From positions 11,208-75,207 of the forward strand of contig NW_021836294.1 of the NCBI RefSeq assembly GCF_006345805.1: a DNA stretch of 64,000 nucleotides, in the 5' to 3' direction. Under the pieces are notes generated by a model, which had not been told where the DNA came from, did not search any database, and was given only the letters and a program-made list of their open reading frames with translations. Below, in pieces: positions 50,046 to 62,328 of this stretch. Source of the stretch: Octopus sinensis (Eukaryota). The position numbers and the translations under genes are program-made. Numbering within the stretch: position 1 is the stretch's first letter; each line of letters opens with the position of its first letter.

Positions 50046-53000
50046 GGCGGCGAGCTGTCAGAGACGTTAGCACGCCGGGCGAAATGCTAAGCGGTATTTC
50101 GTCTGCCGTTACGTTCTGAGTTCAAATTCCGCCGAGGTCGACTTTGCCTTTCATCCTTTCGGGGTCGATAAACAAAGTACCAGTTACTAACTGGGGTCGA
50201 TGTAATCGACTTAATCCGTTTGTCTGTCCTTGTTTGTCCTCTCTGTATTTAACCCCTTCTGGGTAGTAAAGAAATAAGAAACGTTAGCACGCCGGGCGAA
50301 ATGCTTAGCGGTATTTCGTCTGCTGTTACGTTCTGAGTTCAAATTCCGCCGAGGTCGACTTTGCCTTTCATCCTTTCGGGGTCGATTAAATAAGTACCAG
50401 TTACGCACTGGGATCGATATAATCGATTTAATCCCTTTGTCTGTCCTTGTTTGTCTCCTCTATGTTTAGCCCCTTGTGGGTAGTAAAGAAATAAGTATTT
50501 CGTCTGCCGCTACGTTCTGAGTTCAAATTCCGCCGAGGTCGACTTTGCCTTTCATCCTTTTAGGGTCGATTAAATAAGTACCAGTTACTCACTGGGGTCG
50601 ATGTAATCGACTTAATCCATTTGTCTGTCCTTGATTGTCCCCTCTGTGTGTAGCCCCTTGTGGGTAGTAAAGAAATAGGTATTTCGTCTGCCGCTACGTT
50701 CTGAGTTCAAATTCCACTGAGGTCGACTTTGCCTTTCATCTTTTCAGGGTCGATTAAATAAGTACCAGTTACTCACTGGGGTCGATATAATCGACTCAAT
50801 CCGTTTGTCTGTCCTTGTTTGTCCTCTCTGTGTGTAGCCCCTTGTGGGTAGTAAAGAAATAGGTATTTCGTCTGCCGCTACGTTCTGAGTTCAAATTCCA
50901 CTGAGTTGACTTTGCCTTTCATCTTTTCAGGGTCGATTAAATAAGTACCAGTTACTCACTGGGGTCGATATAATCGACTCAATCCGTTTGTCTGTCCTTG
51001 TTTGTCCTCTCTGTGTGTAGCCCCTTGTGGTAGTAAAGAAATAGGTATTTCGTCTGCCGCTACGTTCTGAGTTCAAATTCCACTGAGGTTGACTTTGCCT
51101 TTCATCTTTTCAGGGTCGATTAAATAAGTACCAGTTACTCACTGGGGTCGATGTAATCGACTCAATCCGTTTGTCTGTCTTGTTTGTCCTCTCTGTGTGT
51201 AGCCCCTTGTGGTAGTAAAGAAATAGGTATTTCGTCTGCCGCTACGTTCTGAGTTCAAATTCCACTGAGGTTGACTTTGCCTTTCATCTTTTCAGGGTCG
51301 ATTAAATAAGTACCAGTACTAGTTACTCACTGGGGTCGATATAATCGACTCAATCCGTTTGTCTGTCCTTGTTTGTCCTCTCTGTGTGTAGCCCCTTGTG
51401 GGTAGTAAAGAAATAGGTATTTCGTCTGCCGCTACGTTCTGAGTTCAAATTCCACTGAGGTTGACTTTGCCTTTCATCTTTTCAGGTCGATTAAATAAGT
51501 ACCAGTTACTCACTGGGGTCGATATAATCGACTCAATCCGTTTGTCTGTCCTTGTTTGTCCTCCTGTGTGTACCCCTTGTGGGTAGTAAAGAAATAGGTA
51601 TTTCGTCTGCCGCTACGTTCTGAGTTCAAATTCCACTGAGGTTGACTTTGCCTTTCATCTTTTCAGGGTCGATTAAATAAGTACCAGTTACTCACTGGGG
51701 TCGATATAATCGACTCAATCCGTTTGTCTGTCCTTGTTTGTCCTCTCTGTGTGTAGCCCCTTGTGGGTAGTAAAGAAATAGGTATTTCGTCTGCCGCTAC
51801 GTTCTGAGTTCAAATTCCACTGAGGTTGACTTTGCCTTTCATCTTTTCAGGGTCGATTAAATAAGTACCAGTTACTCACTGGGGTCGATATAATCGACTC
51901 AATCCGTTTGTCTGTCCTTGTTTGTCCTCTCTGTGTGTAGCCCCTTGTGGGTAGTAAAGAAATAGGTATTTCGTCTGCCGCTACGTTCTGAGTTCAAATT
52001 CCACTGAGGTTGACTTTGCCTTTCATCTTTTCAGGGTCGATAAATAAGTACCAGTTACTCACTGGGGTCGATATAATCGACTCAATCCGTTTGTCTGTCC
52101 TTGTTTGTCCTCTCTGTGTGTAGCCCCTTGTGGGTAGTAAAGAAATAGGTATTTCGTCTGCCGCTACGTTCTGAGTTCAAATTCCACTGAGGTTGACTTT
52201 GCCTTTCATCTTTTCAGGTCGATTAAATAAGAGTTACCAGTTACTCACTGGGGTCGATATAATCGACTCAATCCGTTTGTCTGTCCTTGTTTGTCTCTCT
52301 GTGTGTAGCCCCTTGTGGGTAGTAAAGAAATAGGTATTTCGTCTGCCGCTACGTTCTGAGTTCAAATTCCACTGAGGTTGACTTTGCCTTTCATCTTTTC
52401 AGGGTCGATTAAATAAGTACCAGTTACTCACTGGGGTCGATATAATCGACTCAATCCGTTTGTCTGTCCTTGTTTGTCCTCTCTGTGTGTAGCCCCTTGT
52501 GGGTAGTAAAGAAATAGTATTTCGTCTGCCGCTACGTTCTGTGAGTTCAAATTCCCTGAGGTTGACTTTGCCTTTCATCTTTTCAGGGTCGATTAAATAA
52601 GTACCAGTTACTCACTGGGGTCGATGTAATCGACTCAATCCGTTTGTCTGTCCTTGTTTGTCCTCTCTGTGTGTAGCCCCTTGTGGGTAGTAAAGAAATA
52701 GGTATTTCGTCTGCCGCTACGTTCTGAGTTCAAATTCCACTGAGGTTGACTTTGCCTTTCATCTTTTCAGGGTCGATTAAATAAGTACCAGTTACTCACT
52801 GGGGTCGATATAATCGACTCAATCCGTTTGTCTGTCCTTGTTTGTCCTCTCTGTGTGTAGCCCCTTGTGGGTAGTAAAGAAATAGGTATTTCGTCTGCCG
52901 CTACGTTCTGAGTTCAAATTCCACTGAGGTTGACTTTGCCTTTCATCTTTTCAGGATCGATTAAATAAGTACCAGTTACTCACTGGGGTCGATATAATCG

Positions 53001-55275
53001 ACTCAATCCGTTTGTCTGTCCTTGTTTGTCCTCTCTGTGTGTAGCCCCTTGTGGGTAGTAAAGAAATAGGTATTTCGTCTGCCGCTACGTTCTGAGTTCA
53101 AATTCCACTGAGGTTGACTTTGCCTTTCATCTTTTCAGGGTCGATTAAATAAGTACCAGTTACTCACTGGGGTCGATATAATCGACTCAATCCGTTTGTC
53201 TGTCCTTGTTTGTCCTCTCTGTGTGTAGCCCCTTGTGGGTAGTAAGAAATAGGTATTTCGTCTGCCGCTACGTTCTGAGTTCAAATTCCACTGAGGTTGA
53301 CTTTGCCTTTCATCTTTTCAGGGTCGATTAAATAAGTACCAGTTACTCACTGGGGTCGATATAATCGACTCAATCCGTTTGTCTGTCCTTGTTTGTCCTC
53401 TCTGTGTGTAGCCCCTTGTGGGTAGTAAAGAAATAGGTATTTCGTCTGCCGCTACGTTCTGAGTTCAAATTCCACTGAGGTTGACTTTGCCTTTCATCTT
53501 TTCAGGGTCGATTAAATAAGTACCAGTTACTCACTGGGGTCGATATAATCGACTCAATCCGTTTGTCTGTCCTTGTTTGTCCTCTCTGTGTGTAGCCCCT
53601 TGTGGGTAGTAAAGAAATAGGTATTTCGTCTGCCGCTACGTTCTGAGTTCAAATTCCACTGAGGTTGACTTTGCCTTTCATCTTTTCAGGGTCGATTAAA
53701 TAAGTACCAGTTACTCACTGGGGTCGATGTAATCGACTCAATCCGTTTGTCTGTCCTTGTTTGTCCTCTCTGTGTGTAGCCCCTTGTGGGTAGTAAAGAA
53801 ATAGGTATTTCGTCTGCCGCTACGTTCTGAGTTCAAATTCCACTGAGGTTGACTTTGCCTTTCATCTTTTCAGGGTCGATTAAATAAGTACCAGTTACTC
53901 ACTGGGGTCGATATAATCGACTCAATCCGTTTGTCTGTCCTTGTTTGTCCTCTCTGTGTGTAGCCCCTTGTGGTAGTAAAGAAATAGGTATTTCGTCTGC
54001 CGCTACGTTCTGAGTTCAAATTCCACTGAGGTTGACTTTGCCTTTCATCTTTTCAGGGTCGATTAAATAAGTACCAGTTACTCACTGGGGTCGATATAAT
54101 CGACTCAATCCGTTTGTCTGTCCTTGTTTGTCCTCTCTGTGTGTAGCCCCTTGTGGGTAGTAAAGAAATAGGTATTTCGTCTGCCGCTACGTTCTGAGTT
54201 CAAATTCCACTGAGGTTGACTTTGCCTTTCATCTTTCAGGGTCGATTAAATAAGTACCAGTTACTCACTGGGGTCGATATAATCGACTCAATCCGTTTGT
54301 CTGTCCTTGTTTGTCCTCTCTGTGTGTAGCCCCTTGTGGTAGTAAAGAAATAGTATTTCGTCTGCCGCTACGTTCTGAGTTCAAATTCCACTGAGGTTGA
54401 CTTTGCCTTTCATCTTTTCAGGGTCGATTAAATAAGTACCAGTTACTCACTGGGGTCGATATAATCGACTCAATCCGTTTGTCTGTCCTTGTTTGTCCTC
54501 TCTGTGTGTAGCCCCTTGTGGGTAGTAAAGAAATAGGTATTTCGTAAGCCGCTACGTTCTGAGTTCAAATTCCACTGAGGTCGACTTTGCCTTTCATCTT
54601 TTCAGGGTCGATTAAATAAGTACCAGTTACTCACTGGGGTCGATGTAATCGACTTAATCCGTTTGTCTGTCCTTGTTTGTCCTCTCTGTGTGTAGCCCCT
54701 TGTGGGTAGTAAAGAAATAGGTATTTCGTCTGCCGCTACGTTCTGAGTTCAAATTCCACTGAGGTCGACTTTGCCTTTCATCTTTTCAGGGTCGATTAAA
54801 TAAGTACCAGTTACTCACTGGGGTCGATATAATCGACTCAATCCGTTTTGTCTGTCCTTGTTTGTCCTCTCTGTGTGTAGCCCCTGTGGTAGTAAAGAAA
54901 TAGGTATTTCGTCTGCCGCTACGTTCTGAGTTCAAATTCCACTGAGGTTGACTTTGCCTTTCATCTTTTCAGGGTCGATTAAATAAGTACCAGTTACTCA
55001 CTGGGGTCGATATAATCGACTCAATCCGTTTGTCTGTCCTTGTTTGTCCTCTTCTGTGTGTAGCCCCTTGTGGGTAGTAAAGAAATAGGTATTTCGTCTG
55101 CCGCTACGTTTCTGAGTTCAAATTCCACTGAGGTTGACTTTGCCTTTCATCTTTTCAGGGTCGATTAAATAAGTACCAGTTACTCACTGGGGTCGATATA
55201 ATCGACTCAATCCGTTTGTCTGTCCTTGTTTGTCCTCTCTGTGTGTACCCCCTTGTGGGTAGTAAAGAAATAGGT
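50046..55275 (+). repeat. SINE B-derived satellite: one full head followed by about 28 units of ~183 bp
   Basis: Homogeneous units with diagnostic ccactgaggttgac, catcttttcagg, gactcaatcc. Confidence 0.97.
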
Positions 55276-55530
55276 ATTCACGTGGCTAACATGAACCTTA
55301 TGCTAAATATCTGTATTTCACAAGAACAGCGTAGAGATATATTTAACGCTGTGTTTCAATCACAATATATGTGTGTGTGTGTGTAATAATCTTTTATATG
55401 TTTCATAAGGTGTGACTATATATGGTATATATGTGTATGAGTGCTTTGTATGGATGTATATGTTTGAGCGCGTGTGCTTTTGTGTGTATGGCATGTGCAT
55501 ACGTCGCTCAAAAGCCCAAATGCGAGCAAG

Positions 55531-56522
55531 TGAGAGAGAGAGAGAGAGAGAGGAGAGAAATGGAGAGAAGGAGAGAAGGAGAGAGAGAAAAGGAGAGAGA
55601 GGGACATAGAGAAAGGGAGAGAAGAGAGAAAGGAGAGAAGGGTGAGAGAGAGGCGAGAGAGAGAGAGAGAAAGGGAGAGAAGGAAAAGAGAAGAGAGCGG
55701 AGAGAGAGAAGAAAGGGAGAGAAGGAAAGAGAGAGAGCGAGAGAGAGAGAGAGAAGAGGGAGAACGAGAGAGAGAGAGCGAGAAGGAGAGAGAGAGAAAG
55801 GGAGAGAAGGAGAGAGAGAGAGAAAGGGAGAGAAGGAGAGAGAGAGAGAGAGAGAGAGAAAGGGAGAGAAGGAGAGAGAGAGGCGAGAGAAGAGAAGAAA
55901 GGGAGAGAAAGGAGAGAAGAAGAAAAGGGAGAGGAGGAGAGAGAAGAGAAGGGGAGAGAAGGAGAGAGAGAGAGAGAAAGGAGAGAGAAGGAGAGAGAGA
56001 GAGAAGGGAGAAGGAGAAGAGAGAGAGAGAAAGGAGAGAAGGAGAGGAGAGAAGGAAAAGAGAGAGAGAAAGGGAGAGAAGGAGAGAGAGAGAAAGGGAG
56101 AGAGAGAGAGAAAGGAGAGAAAGGAGAGAGAGGCGAGAGAGAGAGAGATAAAAGGGAGAGAAGGAAAGAGAGAGAGCGGGAGAGAGGAGAGGAGGATAGG
56201 AAGGGAGATAAGGAGAGAAGAGAGAAAGAGAGAAAGGAGAGAGAGAGAGAGAGAGAAAGGGAGAGAAGGAAGAGATAGTCGCGAGAGAGAAGAGAGAAGG
56301 GAGCGAAGAGAGAGAGAGGAAGGGAGAGAGAGGAAGAGAGAGAGAGAAGGAGAGTAGGAGATAGAGAGAAAGGGAGAGAAGGAGAGAGAGAGAGAGAAAG
56401 GGAGAGAAGGAGAGAGAGAGAGAGAAAGGGAGAGAAGGAGAGAGAGAGAAAGGGAGAGAAGGAGAGAGAGAGAAAGGGAGAGAAGGAGAGAGAGAGAGAA
56501 AGGGAGAGAAGGAGAGAGAGAG
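55531..56522. repeat. ~1-kb polypurine (GA-rich) tract
   Basis: Almost exclusively A/G; recurring aaagggagagaaggagagag. Confidence 0.95.
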
Positions 56523-57171
56523 GATGGAGTAGCGTACATGTATAGGTACGTATGCTATCTTTCTTTGTCAAATATTTAAATTCTTCCTATCATAAAGAAT
56601 CGGGTTTCTTACAAAGAAACAGAGTTCCGTGACTGGCACATAGATAACATAAAATGATAAATGGTACTTGTTGAAATTTAGAAAAGTCTTAAATAATTTT
56701 ACTAGTCTGCTTAAAGAATGTGTTGGCTTCGTGCATATTACCTGGTTGCTTTCTTAATCTGAAATCTGGAGTTTTTCAAAATTTTCATCACTTAGCCATT
56801 GGCTGACATGGCCGAGATCGTCAGTAATTATTAGATATAAATGTGTTCGCTATGTGAAACACAAGTACCAGTAGTTTAAGACAGTAGCAGTTTAAATTAG
56901 TAGTAGTTTCAAATAGCAATCTCAGCTTCATACTTAAAGTAGATATGTCATGAGAGGTTTTGTATGCGGATACAAAAGCAGTTATATCATGAAAATTTTT
57001 TTTAAGCATGATATGCTGATTGATATTTTAAACTAAAACTGCGCTTTTGTTGCACACAAAGAATTTTTATTCAGCCCAACAGCTAATTTGCAAGATCAGG
57101 GATTGTTAATCGTTGTTTTGCCACATCATTAACAACGGATTTTGTCTTATCATGCGGTTGCAAGTGAGTAC

Positions 57172-57216
57172 TTGCTACTGACGAAGCCCGAAGACGTTGA
57201 AATGTGCATTCAGCAA
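57172..57216 (+). ncRNA. Type I hammerhead ribozyme motif
   Basis: ttgcta-CTGACGA-agcccgaagacgtt-GAAA-tgtgca-TT-cagcaa: stem I ttgct/agcaa and near-palindromic stem III. Confidence 0.6.
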
Positions 57217-57379
57217 TGCCAACACAGCCGCTGAGCAGTTTCCGTCTGCTACTGATATATCTTTATGCTTTCTAACACTGTACTATCTCAGGACAAATAC
57301 CACAGTGAATTAGTCTTCCGATAACGTATATGCATTAAGTATGATACGCAGATCACTCGTTTAAAATAATACTGCTTCT

Positions 57380-57976
57380 TATTTTTTTATTACCCACAAG
57401 GGGCTAAACATAGAGAGGACAAACAAGGACAAGCAAACGGATTAAGTCGATTACATCGACCCCAGTGCGTAACGGGTACTTAATTTATCGATCCCGAAAG
57501 GATGAAAGGCAAAGTCGACCTCGGCGGAGTTTGAACTCAGAACGTAAAGTCAGACGAAATACTCATTTCTTTACAACCCACAAGGGGATAAACACAAAAG
57601 GGACAAACAAGGACAGACAAACGGATTAAGTCGATTATATCGACCTTAGTGCGTAACTGGACCTTAATTTATCGACCCCGAAAGGATGAAAGGCAAAGTC
57701 GACCTCGGTGGAATTTGAACTCAGAACGTAAAGTCTGACGAAATACTCATTTCTTTACTACCCACAAGGGGCTAAACACAAAAGGGACAAACAAGGACAG
57801 ACAAACGGATTAAGTCGATTATATCGACCCCAGTGCGTAACTGGTACTTAATTTATCGATCCCGAAATGATGAAACGCAAAGTCGACCTCGGCGGAATTT
57901 GAACTCAGAACGTAACAGGAGACAAAATACCGCTAAGCATTTCGCCCGGCGTGCTAACGTTTCTGCCAGCTCGCCG
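57380..57976 (-). mobile_element. SINE family B, head + 3 bodies
   Basis: Flanked by taatactg(c/a)ttct. Confidence 0.9.
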
Positions 57977-58480
57977 TGCAACTAATACTGATTCTGTTAC
58001 ACACAACGAATTTTTATTCAAACAACTGCCTAATTGTAACGTAAGTGACTTTTCCATTACTGCTTTTCTTTATCAGAAGTGACTGATTCCGTCTTAGCAT
58101 GCTGTCATCAGAAGATACTTGCTACTGACGAAACTCAAACAAGAAATGTACATTTCACAATGACACCACAGGACGATTTTAGTCTACTACTTCTATACTT
58201 TTGAGTTATTTAGCATTGTATGTTGCATAAGAGATACTACCTCGAGACGAATACCGCCGTTAATTTAGGCTTTGTATGATGTATCTGCTTTAAGTAACCA
58301 TCACCGATTGCTCTGTAAATAAGCTTTTGAAATCTGGGTAGAAGTGTGGCTGGTTTTTAAGTAGGCGACCCTAAAGATTCACTCTCTCTTTGTATTTTAA
58401 AAACGTGTTCACATCTGTACGGCAGCTGATCTCTAAAATACTGCAGAGGAATAAGTGTATCTGCGTGCAAGTGTATACGC

Positions 58481-58579
58481 ATGTATGTATGTATGCATGT
58501 ATGTATGCATGTATGTATGTATGTATGTATGTATGTATGTATGTATGTATGTATGTATGTATGTATGAAAGTTTGTATG

Positions 58580-58610
<31 letters not shown>

Positions 58611-58780
58611 GTATGTATGTATGTATGTATGTATGTATGTATGTATGTTTGTATGTATGTATGTATGTATGTATGTATGTATGCATTTATGTATGTATGT
58701 ATGTATGTATGTTGTTTGTATGTATGTATGTATGTATGTATGTATGTATTATGGTTGCGTGTATGTATGTATGTATTATG
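58481..58780. repeat. (TATG)n microsatellite
   Basis: Direct observation. Confidence 0.95.
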
Positions 58781-59022
58781 GTTGCGTGTGTGTTTGTATA
58801 TATATGTTTGTGTGTATATATACATATATCTTAATACATGCACATATAATTGTATCTGCGTGCATATGTATACCTATGTATGTATTTACGTACGTATGCA
58901 TGTATGTATGTATTATGTTTGTATGTATGTGTTCGTATGCATATGTTTGTGTGCATATATACATGTATGCATTGTTTCTGTGCATGTTAGCGCGTATATG
59001 TGCACGTATGTATATATGCATA

Positions 59023-59412
59023 CTAGCAGTATCGCCCGGCGTTGCTCGGATTTGTTTCGACCCTTTAAAATTGGAATTTTTGAAAAGTAAAAATTTTGCA
59101 TTATGTAGCTTGTTATTCTCTTTAAGTGAACATTTTTCTGGTTGAAATACACCGAAAAATGGCGACACAGCTGTCAAAAAATCGTTAAAAATAGGGATTT
59201 TCATAGAAAAAAAAGCACCTTTTTTATGTAAATAATTTTTGGTGTTAACATGGTCTGATTTCAATTTTTTCTTCTACGGAAAGAAGAGCAAGCCGTCTTC
59301 TATCATAATCTCAATTTTGGTCAACTTGTGCCGCAGGGTCTCGGACGAGATAGTGTTTCTTGAAGGCTACCAAATCTGCCATAAACAGACAACTTCAGCT
59401 TTATATATATAT
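59023..59412 (-). mobile_element. Non-autonomous Helitron
   Basis: CTAG terminus at 59023-59026 with hairpin; homologous to 26512-26903. Confidence 0.85.
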
Positions 59413-59641
59413 ACAAATATATATATATATATATACATTATATAAAAGGGCTTAGTAAAAAATTACTTTGCCGCATACTGAACTCATTAGAAATAGCCCT
59501 TTTATATAATGTAATAATTTTGAATTCGCCTTGAATGGTCCCTTGCATACTGACACTTGGTGAAATTGATTAAAATAATTAATTTTGCCCTCAATTGTTG
59601 AATATATATATATATATATATTATCTATATATATATATATA

Positions 59642-59776
59642 AGGTGCAGGAGTGGCTGTGTGGTAAGTAGCTTGCTTACCAACCACAAGGTTCTGGGTTC
59701 AGTACCACGGCGTATAGTATCTTCTACTATAGCCTCGAGCCGACCAAAGCCTTGTGAGTGGATTTGGTAGACGGAA
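59642..59776 (+). mobile_element. SINE family A 5' fragment
   Basis: Head consensus. Confidence 0.8.
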
Positions 59777-60157
59777 CCCAACCAAATTCACAGAAATATC
59801 AATGTAAAAAGAGAAAACAGAGTAGTTTTATCCGTGAAAAGAAAAGCCTACGGAAACACCACGGTAACCTTGGGCAAGAATGTCATACAAAAAGCACATT
59901 ACAGTAAATGTCTCTCTTTTTCCTTTCTTTTTTTCGTTCATAGGATCATGCTCAAGGTGGCTTCGTCATTCATACGTGCCATCCTTGCTACATTCACCCA
60001 TCTTTTCTTTAAAACATTCGCTAGACAAATCTTGCCTCTTTACTCTCACTTTCCTCTTCAAGTGATACTTGAAGAAGTTGATGAGAGGTTGACCAGAGAG
60101 GGAAGTGTTTGTCTCCAATCCTTTCAGATGCGTCCACCAGATACATTCTTTCGCCAT
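59777..60157 (-). pseudogene. Tx1/L1-like ORF2 C-terminus and 3' UTR fragment
   Basis: MAKECIWWTHLKGLETNTSLSGQPLINFFKYHLKRKVRVKRQDLSSECF is homologous to 42742-42930. Confidence 0.8.
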
Positions 60158-60159
60158 AG

Positions 60160-61607
60160 TTGGTGGTGGTCGTGGCAGAGTTGTCCGTAGTATACGTTGA
60201 CTGTGAAGGTGTGGTCTGGGTTCTTCCAATTCTTCGTGTGTCGGCGTCCATGCTCGCACCTGCACCTGTCTCACTCCTCCCCTTCTTTCCCTCCCTCGTG
60301 AAGCAGTGGGGAAGGGGAGGGAAATCAACGTCGTAAGCGTTGTCAAGGAGACCACCGTTCTTCTCGAAGAACGACTTCATGGCTTTGAAGTCGCCATGCT
60401 CAAAGCAGAAAATGGCTAGGAAAGCCGAAGACGAATTTTAAAAAATGGGGAAACACGCCACACAAAGGCAGGTTTCCCGTGCAAAGAATTTGCACAACTG
60501 AATGTATTTTGTATTTATTAGTTGTTGCACAATAGACGTCATTGATTAGTTGAAATTGCAGAAGAAAAACCAGCAAATATCTTACAAACTCTAGAATTTT
60601 CTGAATAAAGCCAAGAGAAAAAAATGTTTTATTTTGACAGATTCTACGAGGATACGAAGTTTAAAATTATTTTGAGAAGAACGGTGGTCTCCATGACAAC
60701 GCTTCACAGTTGCATGTGTGAGCCTGGACGCCGACACACGGAAAATTGGTGGTGTTGGTTGTGGTGGTGGTGGTGGTGGTGATGATGGTGGTGGTGATGA
60801 TGGTGGTGATGGTGATGGTGGTGGTGGTGGCGGTGGTGATGATGATGGTGGTGGTGGAGTTGGTGATGTTGGTGGTAGTGGAGTTCGTGGTGGTGGTGGT
60901 GGTGATGGTGGTGGTGGTGGTGCGATGGTGGTGGTGGTGGTGGTGGTGATGGTGGTGGTGGTGGTGGTGGTGGCGATGGTGGTGGTGGTGGTGATGGTGG
61001 TGGTGATGGTGGCGGTGATGGTGGTGATGGTGGTGGTGAAGGTGGTGGTGGTGGTGGTGGTTGTGGTGGCGTTGATGGTGGTGTTGATTGTGGCGGCGAT
61101 GGTGGTGGTGATGGTGGTGGCGGCGATGGTGGTGGCGGCGATGGTGGTGGTGATGGTGGCGGCGATGGTGGTGGTGATGGTGGTGGTGGTGGTGATGGTG
61201 GTGGTGGTGGTGATGGTGGTGGTCGTCGTGCTGGTGGTCGTCGTGGCAGACTTGTCCGTAGTAGTCCTTGACTGTGAAGCTGTCGTCTGGGTTCTTCCAA
61301 TTCTTCGTGTGTCGGCGTCCATTCTCGCACGTGCACCTGTGTTGCTCCTCCCCTTCTTTCCCTCCCTCGTGAAGCAGTGGGGAAGGGGAGGGGAGGGAAA
61401 TCAACGTCGTAAGCGTTGTCAAGGAGACCACCGTTCTTCTCGAAGAACGACTTCATGGCTTTGAAGTCGCCATGCCCAAAGCAGAAAATGGCTAGGAAAG
61501 CCGAAGACGAATTTACAAAATGGGGAAACACGCCACACAAAGGCAGGTTTCCCGTGCAAAGAATTTGCACAACCGAATGTATTTTGTATTTATTAGTTGT
61601 TGCACAA
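60160..61607. repeat. Direct duplication (60160-60532 / 61232-61607) enclosing a MITE fragment, an inverted piece and a (GGT/GAT)n tract
   Basis: Shared ccaattcttcgtgtgtcggcgtcca...ggtttcccgtgcaaagaatttgcac; (GGT)n at 60748-61240. Confidence 0.85.
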
Positions 61608-61896
61608 CTTTTACATAAAAAATATTATCCAAACACAAACGTTTGAAGACAATAAAAAGGCAAACTTACTACTATATAGTAGTCCTTTGGCTGCTATTTC
61701 TAAAATTTTCGGTATGTGGTCAAGCAACTTGTTGCAAAAACCCTTATTATTATAATTATATAAGTTTTTCACCGAATATGGTCTTTTTCCATACCGAAAT
61801 ACTATTAGGTGAAATTTGTTGATTTTATTAAAGTAATTATATTTCACCCAATATCTGTAATTATATATATATAATATTAATAATATATATATATAT

Positions 61897-61982
<86 letters not shown>

Positions 61983-61983
<1 letters not shown>

Positions 61984-62170
61984 GTTAATCCAATCAGGAA
62001 AGCACAAAAAAAACACAACAACGCAAGGACGTGGAACAAATATAGTATTATTGGACGCTTAGGAAAGAAGGAAAGAAGGAGGGTTTAACGTTTCGAGCGG
62101 AGATCTTCGTCGGAAACATAGGAGAAGGAAAGATCCAGAGAAGACGGAGGGAAAAATCGCCAACCATACA
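61983..62170 (-). mobile_element. Penelope pLTR-like mini-element in a (TA)n tract
   Basis: Homologous to 9168-9352; hammerhead-like core at 62084-62116. Confidence 0.65.
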
Positions 62171-62218
62171 CCCGAGGTCATATTTTGATATATATATATA
62201 TATATACGAGGTCACATT

Positions 62219-62267
<49 letters not shown>

Positions 62268-62268
<1 letters not shown>

Positions 62269-62328
62269 GAGGGGCGTTCAATAAGTAATGCCCCTGACCC
62301 ACTTCCCATAGCAGTAGAGCAACGAAAC
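62268..62328 (+). mobile_element. mariner-like terminal fragment
   Basis: TA + cgaggggcgttcaataagtaatgc resembles mariner TIRs; no second end found. Confidence 0.55.

Larger units (their letters stand above)
56900..58330 (+). mobile_element. Degenerate Penelope-like 3' end with two tandem ~330-bp pLTR-like units (SINE between them)
   Basis: 57050-57378 and 57996-58320 are diverged direct repeats, each with a CTGACGA..GAAA core following a C-terminal-like C.HQK.YLL peptide remnant. Confidence 0.55.

Noticed and set aside
50046-55275. CRISPR-like or tRNA/5S gene array
   Set aside because: Units are contiguous with no unique spacers, match a dispersed SINE, and lack the A-box half of the tRNA-like head.
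55360-56571. Long Leu/Ser or Arg/Glu ORFs
   Set aside because: Translation of a GA tract.
60591-61570. Poly-His/Pro/Thr/Val ORFs resembling extensin or mucin
   Set aside because: Trinucleotide repeat open in most frames; flanks are repeat fragments.
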